This document shows, in pieces, positions 39,628-50,282 of a stretch of 64,000 nt of DNA (position 1 is the first letter of the stretch; each line of letters opens with the position of its first letter). Under the pieces are notes generated by a model. The model ran no database searches. It was not told the origin of the DNA and worked only from the letters and a program-made list of their open reading frames with translations. Location: assembly GCA_030537195.1 (NCBI GenBank), contig JAUNOK010000002.1, positions 21,632 through 85,631 on the forward strand, in the 5' to 3' direction. This DNA comes from Eubacteriales bacterium. GTDB lineage: Bacteria > Bacillota > Clostridia > Lachnospirales > Lachnospiraceae. A program made the translations under genes and the position numbers.

Positions 39628-40581
39628 ATGAACAAAACATTAGATGCAACACATTTAAAAATTATAGCAATTATTTCTATGGTTATTGACCATTTTGCAT
39701 GGGGATTCTTAGATTTCTATTCGTGGCAGGGTCAGGTTCTTCATGTATGCGGCAGACTCACAATACCAATCATGTGTTTCTTTATTGCACAGGGATACAG
39801 CAAGACATCAAACCTTCACCGCTATATTGGACGAATGATTATATTCTGGCTTTTGTCCATCGTACCTTTTTATCTATTTTTTCATGAAGAATACGGATTC
39901 AGACAGAATATTATATTCGATCTGTTACTAGGCTTACTTTTCCTTGTCTGTCTTAATAGCAGGAAACTTGCTGTATGGCACAAGGTTTTAATCAGTATAT
40001 TGTTATTCACAGTATCTCTCGTCATTGGCGGCTGGCCGGTTCTTCCTATGGTTTACATAGCAATCTTTTATTTTATTAAGAACTGGAAAAAACAGGTGAC
40101 ATGGTTCTGCATCGCTACTGTATCACTAGTTTTATTCATGATGGCTGCAATCAGCCTGAATCAGATATATCATTTTTCTCACTATAACTGGATATGGTAC
40201 GAAAAAACATATTTCCTTGGATTCATGCTTGCTCTTCCATTGCTTGCCAGATATAACGGTCAGAAAGGCCGTTATCCTATTGGAAAATATTTCTTTTACT
40301 GCTTTTATCCAATACATTTTCTGGTTTTGTATGCATTTAAACAAATGTATCATATATACTCAGGCTATACAGTATATGTAGCTTTACAGGTTTTGACACT
40401 TATACTTGCAATGTATGTTATATATAAAATGAATGTTTCAACAACGTCCATCCAAAGCACAGACTGGCAGTATTCTTTTCGGATGTGCAACAATTATTTA
40501 CATGTATGGATTTCTTCTGGAAGTGACAACTACTACTCTCAGTGGTGTTTATCAGGCTGTAAAAGTCGAATATTTTGGTGA
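39628..40581 (+). CDS. TraX-family membrane protein (C-terminal ~50 aa probably not genuine)
   Basis: LKIIAIISMVIDHFAW is the TraX signature. The 3' tail overlaps the next ORF by 149 nt in another frame and looks like out-of-frame translation (Cys/Trp-rich). Confidence 0.55.
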   Translation: MNKTLDATHLKIIAIISMVIDHFAWGFLDFYSWQGQVLHVCGRLTIPIMCFFIAQGYSKTSNLHRYIGRMIIFWLLSIVPFYLFFHEEYGFRQNIIFDLLLGLLFLVCLNSRKLAVWHKVLISILLFTVSLVIGGWPVLPMVYIAIFYFIKNWKKQVTWFCIATVSLVLFMMAAISLNQIYHFSHYNWIWYEKTYFLGFMLALPLLARYNGQKGRYPIGKYFFYCFYPIHFLVLYAFKQMYHIYSGYTVYVALQVLTLILAMYVIYKMNVSTTSIQSTDWQYSFRMCNNYLHVWISSGSDNYYSQWCLSGCKSRIFW

Positions 40582-41956
40582 ATGCTTCGTTGTTGTAGGA
40601 TTTACATTGTTTTTATCAGAATTCTGTAAAATCCGTATATCCAAATGGCTGTATTTTGTAGAACATATTGTTTCATTTGTGATTATGTATCTTATATTTA
40701 CAACACAGCAGAATCATATATTTTACAGAGATATGCGTATAGTTAATTCTGCGCCACACTCACGTCTTGTTCTTGAATATGGCCCGGGTTTTTATTTCTT
40801 CTTCTGCTATCTTGGTATATTGACTATTGGAACTATCTTGGTGTTTATTAAATCAATGAAAAAAACTACAGCTCTTGGAAAAGCAAGAATCAGACTGATT
40901 ATATATGCCCTTGCCTGTCCATGGATTCCGCTTATTATCCGTGCATCCGGCATTACAGGAGGATATGAAGTATCATTTCTTGGAGTTGCTGCAAGCTCAA
41001 TACTGATTATGACAGCACTTGTAAAATATGGCTATCTTGATTCTGTACAACTTGCCGGAACTAATGCCCTTTTCAATGCAGATGAAGGCCTTATGGTAAT
41101 TGATACTAATAACCAGATTCTTTACTGTAATAAGCGCTTGAACGAATGGTTCCCTGCTGCTGAAAAATACAGTGATGCAACTGACTATATTAATATTAAC
41201 GATGTTCAGCATGGCAATTTCCTAAGGGTCGAATTAGGCGGCTGCATATGTGACATTATTTCAGAGCCAATAATAGAGATGAATGAAATTCAGGGTTATC
41301 TTATTCGTATTATAGACATGACTGAACATTACCAACAGCTTGAACTCGCTGAGAAATCCGCACATATTGATGCATTAACTGGTCTTTGGGATCGTGAATT
41401 ATTCAAACTTACAATGATGGACTATCTTAAGAATAATGGTAATGGAACAATGTTCATGATGGATATTGATAATTTCAAAGGAATTAATGATAACCACGGT
41501 CATGATACCGGAGACAAGGTTCTTATAACGCTTGGTAAGACTCTTACACAAATATGCAATGAAACACACCTGTGCTGTAGAATCGGCGGCGATGAATTTG
41601 GATTATTTCTGAAAGATATTACTACATCAGATGAAATCAGAGAGTACTCTGAGACAATAAGTAACCTATATAAGAAGCTTATTTCAGAAACTGATTCTTA
41701 TGTTAATTCATCTATATCCATCGGTGGAACAATAATTAACAACGAATCTCATAATATAACCATTGATTCATTTGAAGAAATATACTGTAAAGCTGATGAA
41801 GCTATGTATGCTGCTAAGAAAGGCGGTAAAGACAGATATTTTGTGAATAAACTATCAAAAATAAAAATCCGTAACTGCTATTATGTTAAATGCATAGCAG
41901 CTACGGATTTTTATTTTTCAATTATTTCTGATGTGATTTCTTCTCTCTTTTTATAA
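40433..41956 (+). CDS. Membrane-sensor diguanylate cyclase (GGDEF domain)
   Basis: About 6 TM helices at the N-terminus. GGDEF core ALTGLWDRE...MFMMDIDNFKGINDNHGHDTGD...RIGGDEFGLFL. Confidence 0.75.
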   Translation: MFQQRPSKAQTGSILFGCATIIYMYGFLLEVTTTTLSGVYQAVKVEYFGECFVVVGFTLFLSEFCKIRISKWLYFVEHIVSFVIMYLIFTTQQNHIFYRDMRIVNSAPHSRLVLEYGPGFYFFFCYLGILTIGTILVFIKSMKKTTALGKARIRLIIYALACPWIPLIIRASGITGGYEVSFLGVAASSILIMTALVKYGYLDSVQLAGTNALFNADEGLMVIDTNNQILYCNKRLNEWFPAAEKYSDATDYININDVQHGNFLRVELGGCICDIISEPIIEMNEIQGYLIRIIDMTEHYQQLELAEKSAHIDALTGLWDRELFKLTMMDYLKNNGNGTMFMMDIDNFKGINDNHGHDTGDKVLITLGKTLTQICNETHLCCRIGGDEFGLFLKDITTSDEIREYSETISNLYKKLISETDSYVNSSISIGGTIINNESHNITIDSFEEIYCKADEAMYAAKKGGKDRYFVNKLSKIKIRNCYYVKCIAATDFYFSIISDVISSLFL

Positions 41957-42614
41957 AAAGACAGACACATAAAGCTGCAAAAATAATTGTTGCAGCTATA
42001 AGTATTGGCCACACTGGAATCGGACAGACAGAAGCCTTTATAAGCTTAAGTCCCTGATAAAGTGTGAACACACCGAATATCGAGAATATTGCGAATGCAA
42101 GTGTATTAAGAAGCCCTTCAGGCGTCTTGCTCTTTAACAGATATCCGACTAACATACCAAGAATGTCCGCTGCAAAAAGTCCGAGTGAACATCCAATCCA
42201 CACAATAAGTGCTGCGCTCATACCTTCATTAGCGCCAAATGTTATGGCTGTAAGCTGGGTTTTATCACCAAGCTCTGCAACGAAAAATGTACAGAAAACA
42301 GCAAGTGGTGCAAACTTAATCTTTGTTTTGCCGCTGCCCTCTTCTTCATCGTCATCATCACCAGCAATAGTTGATGCAGCAAAATAAAGAAATGCAAGTG
42401 CTGCAATAGTCTTTATAAGCCAGTCAGGAATGAATTCGCTGACAAGTCCGCCTGCTAAAACTGCAAGTCCGTTAAGTACAAGAATTGCAGCAGCAGTTCC
42501 TAATATAATGTCTCTTAACTTGTATTTTGAAGTAAGAGCAATAAGCATAAGCTGGGTTTTATCTCCCATCTCTGCTATGAATTCAGTAAAAAATACTTTT
42601 AAAAATAATAACAT
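41922..42614 (-). CDS. GDT1/TMEM165 (UPF0016) family cation (Ca2+/Mn2+):H+ antiporter
   Basis: Two E-x-G-D-K-T-Q repeats (EMGDKTQL and ELGDKTQL) separated by an acidic loop. Confidence 0.8.
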   Translation of the reverse strand: MLLFLKVFFTEFIAEMGDKTQLMLIALTSKYKLRDIILGTAAAILVLNGLAVLAGGLVSEFIPDWLIKTIAALAFLYFAASTIAGDDDDEEEGSGKTKIKFAPLAVFCTFFVAELGDKTQLTAITFGANEGMSAALIVWIGCSLGLFAADILGMLVGYLLKSKTPEGLLNTLAFAIFSIFGVFTLYQGLKLIKASVCPIPVWPILIAATIIFAALCVCLFIKREKKSHQK

Positions 42615-42630
42615 TTGTCTGATACCTCAT

Positions 42631-43632
42631 TTATCTTATTATGATATACGCTGCATATATTGCGTAAAGCGCAACCATTGAGAAACCTTCGACTCTTCCG
42701 ATTTTCTTCTTCGTTCCCGCAAATATCCATACACATATTGTAAATACAATAAGCACACAAAGATCAATAATATTCTCAGTAATGATTGTGATTGGGCTGA
42801 TTGCTGATGCGATACCAAGTACCATAAGTATATTAAATACATTTGAACCAATCGCATTACCAAGTGCCATATCGACTTCGTTCTTTCTGGCTGCAACGAT
42901 TGAAGTTACAAGCTCTGGAAGTGATGTTCCAATTGATACAATTGTAAGTCCGATAAGTGTCTGACTCATTCCAAGGTCACTTGCTATTCTAGAAGCAGCA
43001 TCTACAGTGATGTCCCCGCCAACTGCAATCGCAGCTGCACCGCCAACGATGAACAGAATACTAAGCGGAACTGATATTAACTTGATATCTTCATCAGAAC
43101 CACCCTCAATCTCGACCTTCTTACCTTCCCTGCTTGCCTTCAATGCAATCTTAATCATGTAAAAAATGTAGCCTGCAAACGCACCAAGGAATATTACACC
43201 GTCAAGATGCCCCAATGTCATACCTGATTTATCACCAAATCCAAGAATACCTAAAAGCAATAAAAGTCCTGCACAGATTAGTGAAAATGGGATATCTCTC
43301 TTTATTGTTTCTTTTGCAACATTTACTGTGGCAATCATTGCACACACACCAATAACAACCATCAGATTAAATATATTGGAACCAACTACATTACTTACTG
43401 CAAGCTCATTGTTACCTGTGAGTGATGCCGATACACTGACCGCTGTTTCTGGGAGCGATGTTCCCATTGCAACAATTGTAAGTCCGATTATTATAGACGG
43501 AACATGCAGTCTCTTTGCTACACTTGAACTTCCCTCTACGAAAAAGTCTGCACCTTTGATAAGAAGTACAAAGCCTACTACAAGACATACAAGTACAAGA
43601 GCAAATGGGGCGTTGTTAATGAATTTTTCCAT
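42631..43632 (-). CDS. CaCA-family sodium/calcium exchanger (YrbG-like)
   Basis: Alpha-repeat motifs GSNIFNLMVVIG and GTSLPELVTSIVAARKNEVDMALGNAIGSNVFNIL. Confidence 0.85.
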   Translation of the reverse strand: MEKFINNAPFALVLVCLVVGFVLLIKGADFFVEGSSSVAKRLHVPSIIIGLTIVAMGTSLPETAVSVSASLTGNNELAVSNVVGSNIFNLMVVIGVCAMIATVNVAKETIKRDIPFSLICAGLLLLLGILGFGDKSGMTLGHLDGVIFLGAFAGYIFYMIKIALKASREGKKVEIEGGSDEDIKLISVPLSILFIVGGAAAIAVGGDITVDAASRIASDLGMSQTLIGLTIVSIGTSLPELVTSIVAARKNEVDMALGNAIGSNVFNILMVLGIASAISPITIITENIIDLCVLIVFTICVWIFAGTKKKIGRVEGFSMVALYAIYAAYIIIR

Positions 43633-43922
43633 GTTTTCCTCCTTTTTCTCTCTCCATAATAAGTGCCGTCAGCCGAAAAACCGCTTTTACAAGTATAACC
43701 AGCAGATAAAAAAAGACTCATGTATATCAACTACCCGTCGTGTACAACACTAACTGTTAATCGATATACATGAGTCTCATTATTTAAGATTTGCCAGATT
43801 ATACTCTTTAATTATAATCAGAATGTTGACAAATCACACTTTCGCGCTAACTACTCCCTCATGGAATATTAAGTTACTTGATAAATAATATCAAATGCGT
43901 GCATGTGTGTCAATAACTAATT

Positions 43923-45410
43923 TTAATTCTTATGAAATCTCTTCTCTTCCTCATATGCCGGCTCACATGTAAGATTCATGCCAAGTCTCTTGAATGTATC
44001 CTTATCAACTGACGAAAGAATAACTGTTGAATGGACATCACAACCGTAAAGCTTAGGAATCTGCTTTAATGCCTTGTCAGCTAAAGGATTGGCTACAACT
44101 GATGATGAAAGCGCAATAAGGATTTCATCAGTATGAAGTCTTGGATTCCTGCTGCCAAGATAATTAGTCTTTAATGTCTGGATTGGGCTGATTGACTCAG
44201 GTGATAATAAATCTACTGAATCATCAATTCCTGCAAGCTGTTTTAATGCATTAAGCAATGCTGATGATGCAGCACCTAACAGGTCTCCTGTCTTTCCAGT
44301 AACAATAGTTCCGTCTTCCAGCTCAATTGCAACTGCAGGCTTGTCACCGCTTTTTGCTGACTTTTCAAGTGCAGCATTAACAACTGGTCTTGAAGAAGTT
44401 GTTATTCCAGCCTGATTCATTAAAAGCTCAATCTTGTATATTTCCTGACTGTTTACGCCAGTTTTCTTCTGGTCGCACAAGCATTTGTAATATCTTCTGA
44501 TAATCTCCATATTAGAAGCATAACGGCATGCCTCATCATCAACAATACAGTTACCAGCCATATTAACGCCCATATCTGTTGGTGACTTATATGGGCTCTC
44601 ACCGGCGATAAGCTCGAACATTGCATTAAGTACAGGGAATATCTCAATATCTCTGTTATAATTAACTGTTGTCTTTCCGTATGCTTCGAGATGGAATGGA
44701 TCAATCATATTAACATCGTTAAGGTCTGCTGTTGCTGCCTCATAAGCGAGATTAACTGGGTGCTTAAGTGGAATATTCCAGATTGGGAATGTTTCAAACT
44801 TCGCATATCCAGCCTTAACTCCATGCTTATATTCATGGTAAAGCTGTGAAAGGCATGTAGCCATCTTTCCACTTCCAGGTCCAGGTGCAGTAACAACTAC
44901 AAGTGGTCTGCTTGTCTCAATGAATTCATTCTTTCCATATCCTTCGTCACTTACAATCTTGGCAACATCATTAGGATATCCTGCAATCTTGTAATGCTTG
45001 AAATTCTTGATTCCATGTGCATCTAACACCTTAATGAAATTGTCAACATCCGGCTGCTGGAAATACTTTGTAATACATACGCTTCCAACGAAAAGTCCAT
45101 ATTCTGTAAATGCGTCAATAAGTCTTAACACTTCCTGATCATAAGTAATACCATAATCACCACGAATCTTATTGCTTGCAATATCTTCTGCGCTAATTGC
45201 TATAACAACCTCCGCCTGATCCTTTAACTGTAAAAGCATCTGAAGCTTTGAATCCGGCTTAAATCCTGGAAGGACTCTTGATGCATGGTAATCATCAAAC
45301 AGCTTTCCACCAAATTCAAGGTATAACTTATTGTCAAACTTGGCAATTCTCTCCTTAATATGCTCAGACTGCATTTTTAAATATTTGTCGTTATCAAATC
45401 CTATCTTCAT
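43923..45410 (-). CDS. DUF1846 (UPF0371) family protein
   Basis: About 495 aa with the conserved N-terminus MKIGFDNDKYLKMQSEHIKERI...RVLPGF characteristic of this Firmicute family. Confidence 0.7.
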   Translation of the reverse strand: MKIGFDNDKYLKMQSEHIKERIAKFDNKLYLEFGGKLFDDYHASRVLPGFKPDSKLQMLLQLKDQAEVVIAISAEDIASNKIRGDYGITYDQEVLRLIDAFTEYGLFVGSVCITKYFQQPDVDNFIKVLDAHGIKNFKHYKIAGYPNDVAKIVSDEGYGKNEFIETSRPLVVVTAPGPGSGKMATCLSQLYHEYKHGVKAGYAKFETFPIWNIPLKHPVNLAYEAATADLNDVNMIDPFHLEAYGKTTVNYNRDIEIFPVLNAMFELIAGESPYKSPTDMGVNMAGNCIVDDEACRYASNMEIIRRYYKCLCDQKKTGVNSQEIYKIELLMNQAGITTSSRPVVNAALEKSAKSGDKPAVAIELEDGTIVTGKTGDLLGAASSALLNALKQLAGIDDSVDLLSPESISPIQTLKTNYLGSRNPRLHTDEILIALSSSVVANPLADKALKQIPKLYGCDVHSTVILSSVDKDTFKRLGMNLTCEPAYEEEKRFHKN

Positions 45411-45445
45411 AATCTTATTCCTTTAAGTAAAATTCTTTAATAAAA

Positions 45446-46735
45446 TTAACATAAATCGCAAAATTTATCCAGTTCTTTAGTGACAATATTTTTCGTTTTA
45501 AACTTCGGATTATTGTACAATCTGCCTCGTGCCATGACTAAATCCACATTACGAAGCGCCCTGAGGTCATCTAACGGATTATTCTTAGTCACAATCAGGT
45601 CAGCACATTTGCCGGCTTCAACGGAACCCGTCACATCTCCGATGCCTGCCATTACTGCACTGTTAAGCGTAGCTGTGTATAGTGCAAATGCATTGCTCAC
45701 ACCGACATATTTGTGGAAATAATAAAGTTCTCTCCAGAAATCATACTGTGTAATCCATGGACATCCGACATCATTACCAAGAACAACCGGAATGTCATTG
45801 GCAATTGCTGCCTTGGCACATTCTTTGATTCCCTCAAACACGATATTGCCATTGTACTGTTCAACCTCTGACGCATTAGATACGCTTCTGTCAAAAAGTG
45901 CATATGGCAGAGCCGGAGATAAAGTTGTGCATAAAAATGCATTATTCTCCTTAAACAAATGTATTATCTCATCATCAGGCTTTGCTCCATGCTCAATTGA
46001 ATCAACGCCATTTTCAAGTGCAACCTTTACACCCTCTGGAGATTCAACATGAGCAGCAACCTTGTAACCAAGAGCATGTGCCTTATCACATACTGCCTTG
46101 ACCATCTCTGGTTTCATCTTAAGCTCACCCGGAACGCCCTTAGCCTTGGCATCAAGCACGCCTCCTGTAATCATAAGCTTTATAAGGTCAACATTCTGGC
46201 TCTTTGCAATATCAACCTGCACAAGTGCTTCATCAATACTGTTTGCAGCCACCGCAACCGAACCAGCCATATGTCCACCCGGCACAGAAATTCCTTCATT
46301 AGCTGCAAGTATTCTTGGTCCGTCAGCCTTGCCATTTCTGATATCGTCCCTTACTCTTGTATCATAATCAGCCAGACCACCAACAGTTCTTATTGTAGTT
46401 ACTCCACTCATAAGCTCAGTCTTTGCAAAATCCTTTACAACCTTATATGTCACAGCCCTTGAAAGTGATGTTCCCATAAGCATCTTAACAGTCTTTTCAT
46501 TATCACTCTGTTTCTTCTGCGGCTTTCCATTGCCTGCAAGATGAACATGCATATTAATAAGTCCCGGCATAAGGTACTTTCCCTCAAGATTAATCTCCTT
46601 AAAACCGTCCGGTACAGTGTTACCCTTTACAATACCAGTAATCTTGTCATCTTCAACAAGCACAGAATGACCATCTAACACTTTCATATCCTTAGTTCCA
46701 TCAAGGATATGTCCATTAGTAAAAATGTATTTCAT
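45446..46735 (-). CDS. Amidohydrolase-superfamily metal-dependent hydrolase
   Basis: GLINMHVHL metal-binding HxH motif. TIM-barrel amidohydrolase pattern. Confidence 0.75.
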   Translation of the reverse strand: MKYIFTNGHILDGTKDMKVLDGHSVLVEDDKITGIVKGNTVPDGFKEINLEGKYLMPGLINMHVHLAGNGKPQKKQSDNEKTVKMLMGTSLSRAVTYKVVKDFAKTELMSGVTTIRTVGGLADYDTRVRDDIRNGKADGPRILAANEGISVPGGHMAGSVAVAANSIDEALVQVDIAKSQNVDLIKLMITGGVLDAKAKGVPGELKMKPEMVKAVCDKAHALGYKVAAHVESPEGVKVALENGVDSIEHGAKPDDEIIHLFKENNAFLCTTLSPALPYALFDRSVSNASEVEQYNGNIVFEGIKECAKAAIANDIPVVLGNDVGCPWITQYDFWRELYYFHKYVGVSNAFALYTATLNSAVMAGIGDVTGSVEAGKCADLIVTKNNPLDDLRALRNVDLVMARGRLYNNPKFKTKNIVTKELDKFCDLC

Positions 46736-46770
46736 AACCCGTCGCTCCTTGCTTTTAGCATAATCTTAAG

Positions 46771-47760
46771 TTATTTTACCACATTTTCACCAGTAATGTC
46801 ACCTGAAATAAATGCTTTCGCGTTCTTTAATGTTGTTTCGCTTATGGCGTCAAGCGCTTCTTCTGTAAGAAAGCCCTGATGTGAGGTTACGATAACATTA
46901 GGGAATGACAGAAGCCTTGCAGTTATTGAATGCTGCAGTATGTCGTCTTCAAGATTTTCAAATACATAATCTGACTCTTCCTCATACACATCTAGTCCTA
47001 CAGCATGAAACTTCATATCCCTGATGCCCTTGATAAGTGCATCAGTATTGACTATCGCTCCTCTTGAGGTATTGACTAATATAACACCGTTTTTCATCAT
47101 ATCTATTGTTCTTTCATCAATCAGATGATATGTCGTGTCATCAAGCGGACAATGAAGAGATATAAGGTCACTTTCAGAAAGCAGCCTGTCAAGCTCCACA
47201 TACTCAACAAAATCAAGGCTTTCATTATGATATTTGTCATATGCAATAACCTTCATTCCAAAGCCCCTGCATATACGGCACATAGCCGCACCAATCTTGC
47301 CAGTTCCGACAATTCCAGCAGTTTTCCCATAAAGTGTTACACCTGTAAGCCCCTGAAGGCTGAAATTATTCTCCCTTACTTTAATATACGCTTTATGAAT
47401 CCTTCTCTGTGCAGCGAGTGCAAGCCCCATAGCAAGTTCCGCAACCGCCTCCGGTGAATATCCCGGAACTCTCATCACAGTTATTCCCAGCCTGTCAGCC
47501 TCATTAACATCAACATTATTAAATCCTGCACACCGCATAAGTACAAGTCCGATTCCATTATCATAAAGAATCTTTAACACATCTGCATCAATAACAGAAT
47601 TAACAAATGCGCACACAGCATCATACCCCTTGCTGTACACCGCTGTCCTCGCATCTAAGTCAGCAACCATATACTCAATAGATATATCACTAAAATGCCT
47701 CAACGCCTTATCAAAAGACTGCTTGTCGTAACTTTTCGAATCATAAAAAATAATACGCAT
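46771..47760 (-). CDS. ldhA: D-isomer-specific 2-hydroxyacid (D-lactate) dehydrogenase
   Basis: GKTAGIVGTGKIGAAM NAD motif. Start set at MRIIFYD (47760) after RBS aggaga. The longer track ORF overlaps feoB. Confidence 0.8.
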   Translation of the reverse strand: MRIIFYDSKSYDKQSFDKALRHFSDISIEYMVADLDARTAVYSKGYDAVCAFVNSVIDADVLKILYDNGIGLVLMRCAGFNNVDVNEADRLGITVMRVPGYSPEAVAELAMGLALAAQRRIHKAYIKVRENNFSLQGLTGVTLYGKTAGIVGTGKIGAAMCRICRGFGMKVIAYDKYHNESLDFVEYVELDRLLSESDLISLHCPLDDTTYHLIDERTIDMMKNGVILVNTSRGAIVNTDALIKGIRDMKFHAVGLDVYEEESDYVFENLEDDILQHSITARLLSFPNVIVTSHQGFLTEEALDAISETTLKNAKAFISGDITGENVVK

Positions 47761-47822
47761 ATTATATGTCTCCTTGTGATTAAAGATACATATAATATGC
47801 GTATTTTCTGTTTTATTTATAC

Positions 47823-50162
47823 TTAAGAAAACATCATCACCACACCATGTACAACAAATGCCATCACCCACGCAATCAGGCACTGCCATACAACCATTAT
47901 AACAGCCCATTTTCCACCAAGTTCACGCTTTACAGAAGCAATGGCTGCGATACAAGGAGTGTACAAGAGGCTGAATACAAGCATTGCGGCTGCACCGGCT
48001 GTTGAAAGTGCTGCCTGTATGCCTGTTCCGAAAAGTATCTGCATTGTTGATACGACACTTTCCTTTGCCATGACACCGCATAGAAGAGATGTACATATTC
48101 TCCAGTCGCCAAGTCCCAAAGGTGCAAATACAGGTGCGATTATTCCTGCAATAAGTGCAAGTATGCTGTCCTTTGAATCTGTAACAAGATTAAGATGCAG
48201 ATTAAAGCTCTGTAAAAACCAGACAATTACAGTTGCAACAAATATAACTGTGAATGCTCTCTGCAGGAAATCCCTTGCTTTCTCCCATAATAACTGCAAA
48301 ACATTTTTCATGCCGGGAAGTCTGTAATTAGGAAGCTCCATAACGAAAGGCACAGCTTCGCCTTTGAATAATGTTCCCTTATAAAGGAGTGCCACAAGAA
48401 TTCCCATAATAATTCCGAAGAAATACAGTCCACCCATTATAAGCGCGCCCTTTCCCGGGAAAAATGCACTGACAAAAAATGAATATATTGGCAGCTTGGC
48501 TGAACAGCTCATAAAAGGAGTAAGAAGAATTGTCATCTTCCTGTCTCTCTCACTTGGGAGAGTTCTTGTTGCCATAACCGCAGGAACAGTACATCCGAAT
48601 CCAATAAGCATAGGCACTATACTTCTGCCGGACAGACCAATCTTTCTTAACAGCTTATCCATAAAAAATGCTACTCTTGCAATATAACCGCTGTCTTCCA
48701 TAAGAGAGAGGAAGAAAAACAGCGTAACAATAATTGGCAGGAATGAAAGCACAGAACCTACACCCGCAAATATTCCATCAATTACAAGACTGTGAATAAC
48801 CTTATTCACGCCTGCTGCCGCAAGTGCATTATCAACAATGCCAGTGAGCGCATCAATTCCCATCTGAAGCAGATTCTGTAAAAATGCACCTATCACATTA
48901 AATGTAAGAAAGAATATTGCAAGCATAATCGCCACAAAGCAAGGTATCGCCGTATATTTTCCAGTAAGAATCTTATCAATCTTCTGGCTTCGTATTCTTT
49001 CCCTGCTCGCCTTTGGCTTAACAACGTTAGCTTCGCATATCTTCTCAATAAATGTAAATCTCATATCCGCGATTGCTGCGCTTCTGTCAAGACCTCGCTC
49101 AGTCTCCATCTGAAGGACGATATGCTCAAGCATTTCTTTCTCATTCTCATCAAGCTGCAACAGCTTTAATATAAGAGGATCGCCTTCAATAATCTTGCTT
49201 GCTGCAAATCTTACCGGTATATCAGCTCTTTTTGCATGATCCTCGATAAGATGAATAACTGCATGAATACATCTGTGTACTGCGCCGCCGAAATCATTCT
49301 CATCACAGTAATCCTTTCTTGCCGGCTTCTCCTGATATTCTGCAATATGAAGTGCGTGCCTTATAAGCTCGTCAACGCCTTCATTCTTAGCAGCAGATAT
49401 AGGAATAACCGGTATTCCAAGCATATTTTCCATGCCGTTAATATCAATAGAACCTGAATTGCCTACTACCTCATCCATCATATTAAGTGCAAGCACCATA
49501 GGCACATCCATCTCTAAGAGCTGCATTGTAAGATACATGTTTCTTTCAATATTAGTTGCATCAACAATATTAATAATTGCCTTTGGCTTCTCATTAAGCA
49601 CGAAATTTCTGGAAACAATCTCCTCACTGCTGTATGGAGACATAGAGTATATCCCCGGCAGATCCGTTACTGATGTATTCTCATGTCCTTTAATCATTCC
49701 GCTTTTACAGTCAACCGTAACGCCTGGGAAATTGCCGACATGCTGGTTAGAACCAGTAAGCTGGTTAAACAACGTCGTCTTTCCACAATTCTGATTACCA
49801 ACAAGTGCAAATGTAAGCTTTGTTCCTTCTGGAAGCTTTTCTCCATCTCCCTTAGCATGGTATTTACCAGTCTCACCAAGGCCTGGATGGTCAGACTTAT
49901 ATATACGGTCTGGTCTTTCGTGTTTTCTTGTACGCTCATCAATTGGATCAATAGTAATCTCTCCTGCATCAGCAACACGAAGTGTGAGTTCATAACCATG
50001 TATCTGTAATTCCATCGGATCACCCATAGGGGCCAGCTTTACGAGTGTAACTTCCGCTCCCGGTATTACGCCCATATCAAGAAAATGCTGTCTTAATGCG
50101 CCTTCACCACCAACTTTAGTAATTCTTGCACACTGTCCAATCTTAAGTTCATTTAATTTCAT
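47823..50162 (-). CDS. feoB: Ferrous iron transporter FeoB with fused N-terminal FeoA domain
   Basis: FeoA-like SH3 N-terminus (LKIGQCARITKV). G-domain (GNQNCGKTTLFNQLTG). Polytopic C-terminus. Confidence 0.9.
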   Translation of the reverse strand: MKLNELKIGQCARITKVGGEGALRQHFLDMGVIPGAEVTLVKLAPMGDPMELQIHGYELTLRVADAGEITIDPIDERTRKHERPDRIYKSDHPGLGETGKYHAKGDGEKLPEGTKLTFALVGNQNCGKTTLFNQLTGSNQHVGNFPGVTVDCKSGMIKGHENTSVTDLPGIYSMSPYSSEEIVSRNFVLNEKPKAIINIVDATNIERNMYLTMQLLEMDVPMVLALNMMDEVVGNSGSIDINGMENMLGIPVIPISAAKNEGVDELIRHALHIAEYQEKPARKDYCDENDFGGAVHRCIHAVIHLIEDHAKRADIPVRFAASKIIEGDPLILKLLQLDENEKEMLEHIVLQMETERGLDRSAAIADMRFTFIEKICEANVVKPKASRERIRSQKIDKILTGKYTAIPCFVAIMLAIFFLTFNVIGAFLQNLLQMGIDALTGIVDNALAAAGVNKVIHSLVIDGIFAGVGSVLSFLPIIVTLFFFLSLMEDSGYIARVAFFMDKLLRKIGLSGRSIVPMLIGFGCTVPAVMATRTLPSERDRKMTILLTPFMSCSAKLPIYSFFVSAFFPGKGALIMGGLYFFGIIMGILVALLYKGTLFKGEAVPFVMELPNYRLPGMKNVLQLLWEKARDFLQRAFTVIFVATVIVWFLQSFNLHLNLVTDSKDSILALIAGIIAPVFAPLGLGDWRICTSLLCGVMAKESVVSTMQILFGTGIQAALSTAGAAAMLVFSLLYTPCIAAIASVKRELGGKWAVIMVVWQCLIAWVMAFVVHGVVMMFS

Positions 50163-50242
50163 GTGTGTTTTCCTTTTCTAAATAATCCGCCCAAATCATT
50201 ATTGATAATTCTTCTCAATAAACATTGTATCACACATGACAA

Positions 50243-50282
50243 GTGCAGGACACCCCTAATTAGGTATCCTGCACATTTTTCT
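50243..50282. terminator. Hairpin between rbsK and feoB (T-run on + strand only)
   Basis: gtgcagga...tcctgcac followed by atttttctt. Confidence 0.3.

Noticed and set aside
43700-43800. Large-loop hairpin (gactcatgtatatc...gatatacatgagtc) as a riboswitch
   Set aside because: No recognisable riboswitch consensus. It is more simply the minus-strand terminator of the DUF1846 gene, followed by a T-run.
47930-50023. Multiple ORFs on both strands within feoB
   Set aside because: The FeoA-FeoB frame is continuous and conserved. The internal ORFs are frame artefacts.
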